From contig NW_015174296.1 in assembly GCF_001447785.1 (NCBI RefSeq), positions 517,862 through 581,861 on the forward strand: a DNA stretch of 64,000 nucleotides, written 5' to 3'. The stretch comes from Gekko japonicus (lineage: Eukaryota). Every line of letters starts with the position of its first letter. The stretch's first letter is position 1. The position numbers and the translations under genes were made by a program. Below are positions 50,158 to 63,545 of the stretch, one piece after another. The notes below the pieces were generated by a model that was given only the letters and a program-made list of their open reading frames with translations, did not search any database and was not told the origin of the DNA.

Positions 50158-51439
50158 TGTGTTAAATAATTTTGAGCCTGTACCTATGGATTGAAAGGAT
50201 TAAAGTCATTTTGCATAAACCCATTCTACAAGGTTTCAGTCCATCTCACCACCAGAGTGTCCATTTTTGAGTTGTCAAGTGTGTAGCTAGGAGCCATGCA
50301 TCAGCTCCCAACAATCTAACTTCCAGTTATTTCATTTCTGTATATTTTTTCTGCTCGCTCCCTTATGTCTTTCCCATGCATGTGTACAAGTCTGGGTAAC
50401 CTCGTGTGGGGGTAATTGCACCCCAATGGAATGATACTAAAGTTTAATATAATATAATATATTTTTGGTAACTGATTTGTTCTACAGCTTGTAGATGAGA
50501 GACTACTTTATCTGAACTCTGAAATGAAGTAAAGAAATGTTCCCACTCTTTAAGCATTGTTCAACAGACAACAGAGAATGAGTAGGAATAAAAACATGGA
50601 TCAGAAATAAAAGTCAAGGAGTATTCCCCAGCTAGGTGTGACATTTTATTGAGGCATCCTGCCTTTATCGTACTATACAGTATGACCCATTAAAGTGCTG
50701 AATCTTCTGAGCCATGAGTAGGCACAATCCAGCTGAAATCAGAATAGGTAGTATCATGCTTTATGTGAAGTGGGTGCTTAAATCCCTCGATGAACCAGAT
50801 TTGGCAGGATAAAGCCTTAGATGAGATGCGAATTTTATGAAGAGCAGGGAGAAGGTGTGAGCAGCTTGCACTTTGACCTCAGCAGCATGGCATCAGATCC
50901 AAAGCACAGGTACTTTCATTGGGACCTGCCCTAAGAGGGAGCCATCATCTGATAGGCAAAGAAAGCTATTTCTGAGATATTATTTTGCACATTGTTTATG
51001 GTACTGGAGTCATTCATAAACTGCTTCAGCCCTCTTGAGACTAGGCATTCAATTCCTGAGCCTGACATCCTTTCTTTGATTATGCCATATAATCCTATGA
51101 TTGTCTTACCAGTGGAACTTCCTTTCCATTGATACAACAGTGCCTCTGATATTCTTCCTTACTTCAGTGCTCCTTGACTCTTACCTGTTCCCACTCTGAG
51201 CCAACAGCCTGGCATTCCTTCCCCTTCTTCAACAATATTTTCCTTATAATAATTATATATATAGCTAAGCACCCTCTTTCACCTTGTACAGTTTTTGAGC
51301 AAATGAAGCATGAACATCAAGCTGGCACAAAAGTGCTTCATCTGCTACTAGCAAAAAAGCACTTTCCTCTACAAAAGGCTGTCCCAGGCGGCTGCCCTGA
51401 GGTAAGAACTAAGGTAATGCCCACTTCAGGATGCATGTG

Positions 51440-51663
51440 TCAGGGAGAGTAAGGGATCATCTATAGCTTGAATGAGGATCCTCCTTGATTCACTCACTTA
51501 GGCTCCTTCCCAGTCCACAGTCAGTGTTTAAGTGTCTCTTCTTCAACTGTCAGTTGCCAGCTGTCATTCCTCAACTGACTCTCTCAACAGAATTCTGTTT
51601 GAATAGCCTATCACTCATAGGTTCTCATACTGTATTAGGCATTAACACCTAATAGTCCATCAC
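51440..51663 (-). mobile_element. LTR fragment homologous to 22560-22772
   Basis: Shared CCAGTCCACAGTCAGTG...CTTCAACTGTCAG...CAACAGAATTCTGTT...TCACA. Confidence 0.6.
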
Positions 51664-52527
51664 ATGCACATGTAAGGAAAACAAATTGTTACCTAGGAAT
51701 TATCTAAAAGTGTATTAAGTGAAGTGGCCCTACTCCCACATCATAGTTTTTAGGGGGGAGGATAAAATTAGCATGAGTCTTCTGGCACAGTTCCACATCT
51801 TGCAACAAAGGGTGCTAAGAAGATACAGTAAAAATGAGTATGATTGTGACACCACTGAAGATTCACGTACTTAATATCTTAACAACCTTAATTTGCATTT
51901 CATGTAAGTGCGATGAACTTATTCATAGTTGGCAGCTGAGGATTAAATCAACATCTCTTTTTGCCTACCCTTAACCACAGAGACATTTAATATTTCAGGA
52001 TGGCTTGAAAGTTAATTTGGATCTGAGAGCAAGCCTTTTCAGAGCTCCTGATACAAAGTACAAGATGGCAGGATTTCAGAAGACATTCATATTAGATTTC
52101 CCCTCCTGACTCTGCTGTCTCTGTCTCAATGACAAAAAATTTAATTCAGTAAAAAGCACCAGAATCTCTCAATTGTTTGAAATAATACTGGCAAAAGTGC
52201 ATTGTTGCCAATGCTTTCTTTGCTTTGTCAAAATTAAGAGGTTGTTAAGCTCATTATAGCAGAAGAAAGTTGACATCTGTGGCTGAGCACTCTTTTTCTG
52301 TGAGCCTCTGACAGGGGAAAGCAGTTGAAATTTGGGCTTTAGAAATTATTTAGGAAGGAGATTGGAGCAACAATGAACATTTTAAATTAAGAATAAAGAT
52401 AATCAAGACTTCTTGCCTATGCTGTGTCTTAAACAAACAGCTTGAAACTGAAGATGCCTGAGTGAGTCTTGCGATGGCCAGAACTGCTTTCTCCTTTGGG
52501 ATGGCTAATCAAAACACCTGCATCCTG

Positions 52528-52712
52528 ACCTGACCTGGATAGCCCAGGCAAGCCCAATCTTGTCAGGTCTCAGAAGCTAAGCAGGGCTGGCCCTGGTTAA
52601 TATTTGGATGGGAGACCTCCAAGGAATACCAGGTGATGGCAAGCCACCTCTGAATCCCTTGCCTTTAAGCCCCACTAGGGGTTGCCAGAAGTCAGCTTGA
52701 CTTGATGGCAAA
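52528..52712 (+). mobile_element. 5S rRNA-derived SINE with Sauria/BovB-type tail
   Basis: CTCAGAAGCTAAGCAGGG...TGGTTAATATTTGGATGGGAGACC is 5S-like, followed by a non-5S tail. A second copy lies on the minus strand at 63345-63545. Confidence 0.75.
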
Positions 52713-52838
52713 ACCCCCACACCTGTATCCATTTAGAACTCTGCTTTAGGTACAAAAATGTTGGCAGAACAAGTGCTCTGTTAGAGCTAGTTAATCAAAA
52801 CCCCAGAATTTCCATGGGTGATTCACATCCCTCCCCCA

Positions 52839-53058
52839 TAGGGTTGCCAGCTCTGACCTGTAAAATTCCTGGAGATTTGGGGGAGAGGTGCCTGTGGAGG
52901 GGAGACTTTGAGGAAAGATTTTCTCTGGTATCTGTGGTATACCATAGAGCTTTCCCTCTGAAGCTTCCATTTTCTCTAAGAGAACTAGTATCTGTAGTCT
53001 GGCGATCAGTTTGAATTACAGGAGAACTGCAGGCCCTGCTTAGAGGTTGGCAACCCTA
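52839..53058. mobile_element. hAT-like MITE (TAGGGTTGCCA TIR); further copies at 60420-60607 and 61639-61830
   Basis: TAGGGTTGCCA...TGGCAACCCTA; similar 8-bp flanks CTCCCCCA and CTTCCCCT. Confidence 0.7.
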
Positions 53059-53354
53059 CTTCCCCTGAATAAGTTTTACCTCAGAGTTTAGATGCTTCAG
53101 CAACTAATTTTTACCCAGGGACACATTTAAATTGATCAAGAGTTCAAGGGCCAGCAACATTTGCTCTACCCATTGATACGTTTCCATGTGAGCTGAGACA
53201 AAAAGGGCCCTTTAACTCTTCCTCTCCAGGATGTGCAGGTAAGAAGCTTTGCCAGAGCCATTGCCTTCTTACTTCATTAGTTCCATATACAAAAGTGGGT
53301 TCGTTGGATCAGACCAGGTTCTGTGAAAACTGACAATCAGGCAGGAAAGTGACT

Positions 53355-53355
<1 letters not shown>

Positions 53356-53393
<38 letters not shown>
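53356..53393. repeat. (CT)n microsatellite
   Basis: Read directly from the sequence. Confidence 0.95.
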
Positions 53394-53396
<3 letters not shown>

Positions 53397-54394
53397 CATT
53401 TGCTGCGGTAGGCCAGGACAAACAGCTCCAATTCTGCTACCAAACATGGCACACCTTTCCCATGAACAACAGTTAAAGTATTCATGGGTTTCCAGTTTAG
53501 GAAAAAAGATGGCTACAGGGAAACATGATGGAAGTATATAAAATTATGTACGGTATAGAGAAAGTAGGTAAAGAGAACTAGCCTGAATTTTATGTAAAGC
53601 TGATTAGAATTCATTGATTGCAGGCTAGAAATTTGATTTGAACATAGGAATTCAGTCCAGCCAATCATGCAAAGGTTAAACCATTTCTACAATTTTGACA
53701 ATAAAACATTTCTACAATTCTGTGTTGCTATGGCGAAGTTTGGTATCCTGGCAAAGGTATGCCATTTTCTTCTTTCCATGAACCAAAGTAATCCTAAAGA
53801 TGCCAAATTCAGAAATTGTTTATTAACCAGATGTTTAGGTGATTTGACTCTATATGTTCTCATCCAAACAGTAACTGGCAAAAGTTGCTGGTGTCTAAAC
53901 ACCCATCATTAGACCCAAGGCCTGAAGTGAGGGCTCAACTTGACAATAAATGTGACATGACATGACTCGTGCCACATGTAACATCGGGGAACTAACATTC
54001 CCAAGCTCTGTGGAGCTGATCAGCTCATGAGTAAGGGGAGGAAGGGTTCGGTCTTTGTTCCCCCACTAGCTGAAGCAGCCACTGAGAAGGCTGCTTGTTC
54101 TGCTGTGGGGTTCCACATGTTCTGACAGCAGCATGCAGACCCGACAGCAGGGCAAACAGCCCCCTGCAGCTGTTTCAGCTCAGGAAAACAGTGCAGGAGG
54201 GAATGCTGAAGCCCCTCCTTCCCCCACACTGTGTTTACGAGCCAAGTCCAGCCCTGCAGCACTTGGGAATGTGTAGCATAAGTCAGGATCTGGTGTCACA
54301 TATATCATCTAGCTGAGCCCTTAGTTCATGGCAGAGTGGGAATCTGAACCTGTCTCCTTTCTGGCACTGTACTATTACTACATATGCTCAGAGA

Positions 54395-54906
54395 TAGATC
54401 AAGGTGGGCAGTTGTGTTGGTCTGAAGCAACAGAACAAGGTTAGAGTCCAGTGGCACCTTTAAGACCAACAAAAGTTTTATTCAAGGCGTGAGCTTTCAT
54501 GTGTATGCACTCTTCAACAGACAATGAAATGGAATTACATTGGGGACAAGAAAAATATTCTACTCAGCCAAGATGCTGTAAATAGATCCAGTTGGTCAGC
54601 CATGCTGGTCTGAACCAGTACAACAAATTTAGAGTCAAATGGCACCTTTAAGACCAACAGAGATTTACTCAAGATACGAGCTTTCTTGTGGATGCACACT
54701 TTATCAAATACATTAGAATGGCAGTCAAGGTTCAAACTGATAGCCAGGGAATGAACAGCAAATTAACATGCAGCATGATGTTGATCAAGTTATGCAAAGT
54801 GACATTAAATAACAAGTTAAGGTTATAAGGTCAACAGTTGTAAAGCAATAAATATGTCCAACTAGCAGATAAATGTCTAAAGGTGCCTTTTCTAATTGTG
54901 GGAAGT
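54395..54906 (-). mobile_element. Penelope-like element, two tandem terminal repeats
   Basis: GAGTC(C/A)A.TGGCACCTTTAAGACCAAC...GAGCTTTC occurs near 54445 and 54632. Confidence 0.7.
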
Positions 54907-55350
54907 TGTCAGAACCCACAGCCAACAATGTAGTACACGCTTCTCAGGAATGGTAATACTTTATTGAAGAGCTATAGATGCATTAACATAGGCACTGTTA
55001 AGAATGGCGGCTGCCCATTTATGGGGCATAATAGGAAATAGGGTATTCGTATGCATCCCCGCCCCTGCCCTGGCCAATTAGCCACACTCCCGCACACGGG
55101 AGAAAGAGCTCCGGCTGTTTAGTGCTGAAGCTGGGAACCAGTTCTCTCCCACGGTTCCCGAGAAACCCAGACATCAACATCACCACCTGCAGAACTTACA
55201 GATAAGCGCAGCGAAGAAGCACAGAAGGAATGCACTGGCAATTATAATAAAAGTAACCTCTCCACCCCCATAGCAGCATAGGAATGTCTGGGAATCTTCA
55301 TTCTCTCCTGTCAAGCATGGAGGGCACATGACACTACATCCCCCTCCCAA
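54907..55350 (-). mobile_element. 3' LTR (54907-55336) with polypurine tract
   Basis: Minus strand: GGGAGGGGGA-TG-TGTAG..., ATAAAT near 55020, AATAAA at 54960-54965, ending ...CTGACA. Confidence 0.6.
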
Positions 55351-55850
55351 AAAAATGTTATGTCAGCAGACATCCTAATATCACTTGCATACATTCAGTA
55401 TTCTAATATACTATTCTGAAAAAGAAGTACACTAAAATACATTAAAATACAGAGGATTTATAGTCCTTCTTGTTGCGAATACATATGGGAGCACTGAATG
55501 AGTTAGCATATGTAATGAGATAAAAAACCAATATCCCTGTTGAGTCCTGGGGAGGTTTTGGTTCCAAGTGTTGTAATAACTTGTAATTCAGCAATTTCCC
55601 TTTCCATTCTGTTTCTGAAGTTCCTTTAGCCTCCATGCTGGAAAGGAGATGGATGGGGTCTGAAGGGATTCTCACAATTTATGGCACATCAATCTCCAGT
55701 TCTGACATATTTATTACCAAGTTGTCCCCCCCCAGTTGAACCCAAACAGATGATAACCAGAAACATAGCTTGTCACTCTTTTGATCTGTTAAAAGTATCT
55801 TCACTATTTTGCATGCTAATTTAACAAGGCACCCCTATATATACAACTAT

Positions 55851-56374
55851 GGCCCTGGTTTCATGGGCCAGATAATGCGGGGGGGGGGAGGCGTGGCTGT
55901 TCACCCTGGAGCAAAATAAAGTGTGGTAGCCTGATCACACAGTCCCCGGAGTCTTCGTGCTTAGGCTGTTAGCTGGCGATCACACGGCGATGCTGCAGCG
56001 TGGCAAAGAAGCGGCGTGATCACACAAGCGTTTTGCATTTGTGCGCATGTGCAGTTTTGCGGAGCAGCCCTGCTTTCAGTTTCATGTTTGTGCGCAAGCG
56101 CTTACGAAAAACATCTGGTTTGCGATGGGACATGGACGGGCGTCAGATGCCACAGGATACTAGCACTCCCGCGATCAGACACCTGCCTGTGCCGCGCGTT
56201 TTCCAGATACTACTGCACTCTCCTTGGTACCTTTTAACTCCGCATCTTCGGCGGGATGCCACGGGTTGGCAATGGGTGTGCTACACTTCCCAGATGTTGC
56301 GGTGTGATCGCACCCCAAAAATCCACCCAACATTTGTGCCTTTCGCGTGGCAAATTCTCCGTGTGACTGGGGTC
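55851..56374 (+). mobile_element. PIF/Harbinger-like MITE inserted in a Penelope 3' end
   Basis: TIR GGCCCTGGTTTCATGG / CCGTGTGACTGGGGTC; TSD TAT. Confidence 0.82.
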
Positions 56375-56478
56375 TATGATATGTAATTCTATTTCATCGT
56401 CTGATGAAGTGTGCATGCACACGAAAGCTCACAGCTTGAATAAAACTTTGTTGGTCTTAAAGGTTCCATTGGACTAAA
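56375..56478 (+). mobile_element. Penelope-like terminus with an intact-looking minimal hammerhead core
   Basis: CTGATGA-A-GTGTGC-AT-GCACAC-GAAA-GCTCA at 56401-56431, then AATAAA and TTGTTGGTCTTAAAGG. The upstream part lies at about 55670-55850. Confidence 0.78.
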
Positions 56479-56963
56479 TATGCTCAGAAGTTATTCCTTT
56501 TCCTCTCTCCATCATTTCCCCAACTTCAACACACACACACACAAACAGACCAGAGCTGCTATTTGCTCAGAGGAGGAAACGTATAGGTGCTATGCAGCTG
56601 TCACTTACTCAAATTACAAGAGATCTATTCATGGATCTCTTTATGTTATGTCTAGTTTGGCTCTAGAATTTGGCCTGTTTCAGTTACACATAGGTCCAAA
56701 CAGCAACCTGCTGTGCTTGCCTATTTTTTGATCAGGGGTATATAAATGGGTATGAATATATTTTCTGTTTATTTAAAAATCACATGTAAAACTAAAAAGG
56801 AAAGCAAACTAAAAAGCAAAGATGAAATCCTGCACTACAATAGTGCAATTAGGTTTGTAGCATATTCTGCTTTGCAGTCCTTACAGTCCTGCAGTTTGCT
56901 TCATAGCTGAGGACAGAGATAATATCCTGGGTCTCCCACGTCAAAACTACCATAGCATAAACA

Positions 56964-57719
56964 TTGCCCCCTCAGTCGGAATAAAGAGACAGGCACCAGT
57001 GTGGATTTAACAAGGGCCACTTAATTAATTAATTAATTAATTAATTAACAACTACTGGCGAGGGGTTGCCAGAAATGTACTGAGGAATATGACAGGTGTC
57101 AATCTCCTGACAGCCTTCATTTCCTTCTGGGCGATGCACCTGCCCCGATCTCAAGCCACTGAAAATAGCTTTCGACCAGCAGCATGGCATGTTCAAGAGA
57201 ACCCCTGACCCACCACCCCAGAAGCCGCAAAGGCCCACTAAGGTAGGCTGAGCCAGATTGTTCCAAGGAAGATCACCCCTTCCCGGCCTTGAGCCGCAAA
57301 GCCCCCAAAGCAGTTCCTGGAGGACCCTTAAGTTCCTTTATAACAATGCCCAGGTGCTCACCATTTCCATCCTGATCGCGCTACCCCACCAAACTTAAAG
57401 TGACCATACTATTAACAACCCGGCCCCCCGAAACCAATATACCAACACCACCCTCGTCAGTGCAAGGTAGGCAAAAACACCCCCATCCACAGGCCAAATT
57501 GATGGAGGCAAAAAATTCCTACCTGGTCCCACAAAAAGGCAACTAGTAAAACCTGCACTAAAAATAGGGCGGGAGGGTAGGCCGAGCATGCCAAAAGACT
57601 GTAAGGTAGGGGGCAGGAGCCAGGCCTAAATAGGCTGGCTCCACCTCCTATCGGTGTCTTCTTTCTGCCTCTCGAGGAGGCAAATCAGAGGGCTCGCATT
57701 GTTTCTCTTTCTCTTAACA
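56964..57719 (-). mobile_element. Unclassified LTR-like or Ngaro-like terminal repeat with (TTAA)n tract
   Basis: GC-richer block with sharp edges. Minus strand starts TGTTAAG, has TATTTA followed by CCTACCCTCCCGCCC, and ends GGGGCAA. (TTAA)n at 57021-57047. Confidence 0.35.
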
Positions 57720-57974
57720 GCTGTAATATTCAGTATGATGGAAAGAGACCAGAACACGTAACTGAAATGCAACTGGTTTATTACAAACCAGAAGAGTAAC
57801 TCACAGTACAGTTTGTAAGTGGCTAAAGTCACTGGTAAGCCTGACAAGAGACAACTCATTGCAATAGCTAAGAGATGTGTGGAAAAGGTGAGCATTAGAA
57901 TGACAAAGTGAAGAATGTTGATCTGAACTGTTTCCAACGTACCAAAACTAATTCCAAGACATATATTATAAATA

Positions 57975-59427
57975 CTAGGAATAAGGCTCGTTGTGGAAAT
58001 AAATACACAAGCGCTACAAAGAGGCTCTGGGTGGGTGCCCCGGTCTTGGGCACTCAGCGTTGATTTGCTGTGGTGACCTCAGAAGGCTATAATGACACAG
58101 TCCACCATATTCTCCAGGGGGACTGATCTCCGCCACCTGAAGAGCAGTTGTAATTCTGAGTGATCTCCAGCCCTCACCTGGAAATTGGCAGCAGTGGTCC
58201 CCCAGGAGGAAATGGCTGGTTTGGAGGGTGGAGTCTATGGCATTGTACCAGTCTGAGGTCCCACCCCTCCTCAAACCCCACTCTCCTTTCCAGGCTCCAC
58301 CTCTCAAATCTCCAGGAATTTCCCAACCTGGAGTTGGCAACTCTATCTCCTTCCCAGCCAACAGCCAACCTACCTTTATCTGTCTGTCTGACTTTTGCTT
58401 TCCATCTCCTCCCCCCTCCCTGCAGTATCTACCTAGGAAGAATACAGTCTTTCTCTGCAGTGGGGACCAAAGTAACTCACATCATTCTCCTCTCCCCCTT
58501 TTGATTTGCACAACGATCCTGTGAGGCAGGTTAAGCTGAAAGTCTGTGACTGGTCCGAAATCACCCACTCAGCTTCCACAGCATGAACGTGGGTCTGGCA
58601 GTTCCTGCTCTGAAGCGCTAACTGCTATGTCACACTGGCTGTGGTACTGCTTGGTATCACAACTGAACTCCAGACAACAGATCTCTCTCTCCCCCTGAAG
58701 AAAATACCTGCTTTGGAGGGTAAACTCTCTCTTTGGAGGGTGGAGAGCCAGTTTGGTGTAGTGGTTAAGAGCATGGACTCTAATCTGGGAGAACTGGGTG
58801 TGATTCCCCTCTCCTCCACATGCAGCAGCTGTTGTCACTTTGGGTCAGTCATAAGTTCTTTCAGAGCTATTATCTCAAGGACAGTTTTCGGGAGTGCTCT
58901 CTCAGCCCCACCTACCTCACAGGGTGTGTGTTGTGGGGAGGGGTAGGAAAGGGGATTTTAAAGTGCTCTGAGACTCCTTCAGGTAGTGAACGGTGGGGTA
59001 TAAATCCAATCTCCTCCTCCTCCTCCTCCTCCTCCTCCTAGGCCAAATTAGGCCTGGAAAGGGCCTCCCCCCATCTTTTTACTGACAAAACCAAGATGGG
59101 TTGCCTAGCAACAGCCCCTGAGGGAGAAGTGAGCTGCACAGCAGGAAGAGAAGAGAATGGTTTGATGACTGCTGTCATACCTTAGTAGCTAGCCAGCCAT
59201 GGAGGAGCCAAGCAGCAGTAGAAGCATCTTCATCAGGAGAGACAGCCATTTTGGCAGTTTATTTGAAAAGGGAAGTGGCCAAGCTGGCAGTGGGTGGGGG
59301 AGAGGAGCGAACCCAGCACCCAGCCAATGGCACGTGAGTACTCTTAAGTGGCAGTTGATGGGCCAATGGCTGATGGAGTGCACAGCACAGCCAGAAAGTG
59401 CCAGAAAGTGCCAAAACGTTGGGCTTT

Positions 59428-59440
<13 letters not shown>
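57975..59440 (-). mobile_element. Non-autonomous Helitron, family B, with a nested SINE
   Basis: Minus-strand 3' hairpin plus TTATTCCTAG|T at 57975; (TA)n 5' end; colinear with 44055-45617. Confidence 0.8.
58745..59038 (+). mobile_element. Squam3-like SINE with (TCC)n tail, inserted into Helitron B
   Basis: Head GAGCCAGTTTGGTGTAGTGGTTAAGAG; absent from the other two Helitron B copies. Confidence 0.85.
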
Positions 59441-59477
<37 letters not shown>

Positions 59478-59544
59478 TCATAGAGGTACAGAAAAATACT
59501 GGCTCTTGACTGGTGTGCCACCATGCAAATAGGCAAGATCACCT

Positions 59545-60735
59545 ACCCATACATGCATTCTCTGTTATGGTGCCCACCTTATGGAATGCCCTACCTGATG
59601 AAGTCAGTAAGGCTCCCACTCTCCTGACANNNNNNNNNNNNNNNNNNNNNNNNNNNGACATTTTTGCAAAGGTAATAGGGTTTTATTAAAAGGAAATTAA
59701 TGCAGAAAGAACGCTTAAAAAAGGTCCTTTACGCACTAGACCTGAAATCCTGGTTTAACCCTGTCCCCGAACTTACATTCTACACGGCACTCGAATTCAC
59801 CCCTGTAATTATCTTGGTATTTTTTGTTTCCACATTACATTGAGGTCACCCCAGTTTCGCCCCACACTTGTCCCAGGATAAACGGATGCTGTTATAACCA
59901 GGGATAAATGCAAGGTATTGTGTCCCAAGTTGAACTCTGATAAAACCAGGGATGAGATCCAAGTGCGGAAAGGACCAAAGGGAAGGAGGCTGTGGACTAT
60001 ACTGCTATGTACTGTGTACTATTTGTTGCTGTATGTATTATGCTATTTATGTAATTTCTGCACTGTTTAATGTTCCATATTAATACTTACACTTTGTTTT
60101 TTTAAAAAAACTTTTTTATTATTTTATTCATAAAAAAAATACAGTGAGAAAACAAATATGATTAACGCCATATACATAATGCCTTATTCCTTATTACAAG
60201 ATAATGGCAATACTTGTCAACATATAATGCTATATATATCCAAATCGTATGTTGTGATCAAATACATCCATTGTATATGACTTGTCGTAATAACTAACAA
60301 CAAAAAAATAACCAATTAACTCTTTAAAAATACACAACTTTAAACTAAATAATCGTTTATTCAATCCTTTGTTTCAGCTTTCTTCCATGTTTTTTTAAAC
60401 TTGATTTTAATTTCTGCACAGGGTTGCCAACTTCCAGGTGGTGCCTGGCGATCTCCCAGAATTACACCTGGTCTCCAGACTACACAGATCAGTTTCACTG
60501 GAGGAAATGGCTGGTTTTGAGGGTGGAATCTGTGATGTTATACATCACTGTCCCCAGGCTCTACTGCCAAGTGTCTAGGAATTTCTTAATCCAGAGTTGG
60601 CAACCCTCATTTTTTCATCCCATTCATGATATTGCTTGTTGAATGTCCCATCCTACTGTCTGCAGTAATTTACACTGTATAATCCGCCTCAAGTCTCAGT
60701 TAGAAAGGTGGACTATAAATAATGCAAATACATAA
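59545..60735 (+). mobile_element. Old L2 3' end carrying nested MITEs
   Basis: FSVMVPTLWNALP at about 59558-59596; L2-type tail TAATCCGCCTCAAGTC...AAGGTGGACTATAAAT near 60680-60720. Confidence 0.55.
59723..59976. mobile_element. Second Harbinger-like MITE family
   Basis: TIR GGTCCTTTACGCACT / AGTGCGGAAAGGACC; AAA on both flanks. Confidence 0.7.
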
Positions 60736-63344
60736 ACTAGATGGCCTAGAAAAGAGAATCCAGCAGACAGAACCTTATGCAGACGCTTTCCCCTTTCACT
60801 AAGCTGTGAAATGTGAGTTTAGCTTCATGCCTGATGCTGCTTGATGAGGCTTCTTAATGACTGTAATTCAGTCACGTACACACACACACACACGCAAGCG
60901 CACACACGCACGCACAAATGCACAGAGTCCTCAAAATATAGGTCACGCTAGGCAGAAGCTTTTCCTTCCAGTCTGGTGAGATCTGGTCAGATAATGAATG
61001 CTAAATCTCCTTCCCTAGAGAGATGAGATGAATGTGTTTCATGAGACATGCACTGGGAGCGTCTCCTATACAAAAGCTACCCTGAAAGAAACGAGAGCTA
61101 TTTATTCCTATAGGGCATGCAGAGGAAAAATGCCTAATGAGTTGTACCCATTGTTAATTTGGAATGAGAAAGTAGTGGCATACATACATATAACAAGGTA
61201 CATGATGGCTATTTCCATTCATGATACCTAAAAAAGATCATTATCGCCTGCTAATTAAAAGTCATTTTGTCTTATTCCAGAATTGTTTGAAATATGGCTC
61301 CATAGCTACGCTTGGTTGCTAAGCGTACGCCTGGTGTTGCTTAGCTTGTTGTGAAAACCATACAAATAAACATACATTTCTGTCCTTACCCAGGAACTAT
61401 TTCTTTTTTTAAAGAAGACCCAGGGTGAAACTTCATAGAATATACAAAGTAATAACAATGCTCTTCTGTGCCCAAGCTTTATTTTTCCAGCTTTATTTTT
61501 GGGCCTCAATTAGTCCTGAAGCCTTGAGCTGAAAAAGCAAAGGGTGGGATCCTACAAATGCCTGCATTCTTCAAAAAGCCAGTGCTGAATGGTAATGGTA
61601 ACGAAGCACAGGGAGGGCTGCAGCGAGGTGGAGGAAGTAGGGTTGCCAAGTCTGGGTTGGGAAATTCCTGGAGATTTGGGGGTGGAGCCTGGAGAGGCTG
61701 GGATTTGGGAATTGACCATGGGGCAGGGTGCCATAGTGCCCTCCCTCCAAAGCAGCTATTTTCTCCAGGGGAACTAATTTCTATAGTCCGGTAACCAGTT
61801 GTAGTACCTGGACATCTCCAGGCAATCTTAGGCGCAGTCACCTGTTACCGAGGAAATCAGCAGCAAACACTTCACAAGTTCACCCCTAAGCTTTGGGAGC
61901 TTTAGTTCTGTTTATACATATGAGGGAAAGGTGGAAGAGAGCCTTGGGCAGAGCTGGGCTGGAATGGAGGAATGGACCTTGGCAAGCAGATTGAAAGCTG
62001 TAAGAGGGAAGGGCCAGGAAGAATCGTTCTGAGGGCAAGGCAGGGAGGGAGGGAGGGAGAGGGGAGGGGTTTAGGCCTCATGTTGCCACATCTGAAATGT
62101 AAACAGCGTCTTTGATGCCCAGTTGCAACTGTATGGTCATGGAATAAATTGAAAATTGTTTTCAAAATTCTTCCTTTTAAACAGTTTGTGAACTTTGTGT
62201 TCATATGGTGTTAGAAGCCTCACTGGATGTTAGCCTCATATGGCATTAAAAAGGTAAAATAATATGGCATTATTCATGGGCTAATTGACATTTGGCCCTG
62301 GAAAGTGCTCTGCATTTGTTGTTTAATTCATCTGTATTATACTTTCAGGACTGTTTTGAATATGTGGGAATGGCTGTTGACAGTTCAGTGGCCATCCTGT
62401 CTTTCCTGTTTTGTTTCTGTATCTACTGGCGTCACAAGACAAGCCTTTAGGCTGAGAGATTTCACAACTTCCTTGTCAGGTCATAGTGAGTCAGCACTTA
62501 TTGTATTGCTTTTGTTTATTACCTTGAAAGGTTAATTGACGTTCCCTTGGTCTGCTCAAGATCGAGTCTCGTGTTGTTTTCACAGGATGTTTGGGTAACT
62601 AATCCCAATAACACCGACTGAGAATGCATTGTGGAGCAAGTTTTCCATTGATGGAAGAGGGTTGACTGTGCCTAATTTCCCCTTCATGTTGTTTCCTACA
62701 AGCTTCCCTCAACTCCAGAATTTGTTTTCTGAGGGTTTTAGGAGTCTGCTTATTTCCCGCTACCTTTCCAAATGGTGGTGGGAGAAAAATTTTTAAATGG
62801 CCATCCAGATGGTGGTGTGGTCTGGAAGTAATATCAGTCCTCTCTAGGAATGGCTAAAAACGCTATGCTTTTTTTGGAAGTGACACCATGCCATCACTGT
62901 CAGTCACACCTCCATGTCCCCATCTCCCCTTCATAGAATATGAAGTCCCACATATGGCATGCTTCAAGTTGAAAATGTTTTACACCTGTTGACTTGTTTA
63001 CACACTGTCAAAACTGCACACACTGATCAGAGTCCAGAGATTTCCTTTAAGATTGTATAAAAGTTTCCCACTACTGCTCCAAGTGTTGGGGGGAGAAAAT
63101 TTTTAAAATGACCATAGGGGTGATGGCATGATGTCGCTTCCAGACAATACCTGGAAAAACTTTCCATAGATGTTGACAGATCAAATTGCATCATTAACTC
63201 CCTTCTTTTATATCAGGGACATACTTTTGTCCCCAGTCTATAGAAAATGATGCCTGGCAACCCTGAAAGTAATAAGATGCACCATATCTGTTTGCAATTT
63301 TGCCTCCTCTACAATTCAGCTTTCCAAGTTGAAGAGGACATGTA

Positions 63345-63545
63345 TATAGTGGAAAGTGTCATCACAACCAACTTATTGTGACCCCATAGGGTTTTCAGTG
63401 CAAGAGACAAACAGAGGTGGTTTGCCATTGCCTATCTATGTGTAACAACCCTGGACTTCCTTGGTCATCTGCCATCCAAATAGTAACCATGGTGAACCTT
63501 GATTAGGTCTCATGAGATCAGCCAGGGTAGACCATCCAGGTAAGG
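63345..63545 (-). mobile_element. 5S-derived SINE
   Basis: Reverse-complement similarity to 52528-52712. Confidence 0.65.

Noticed and set aside
52540-52635. 5S rRNA gene
   Set aside because: Partial, diverged and fused to a SINE tail, so it is a SINE head.
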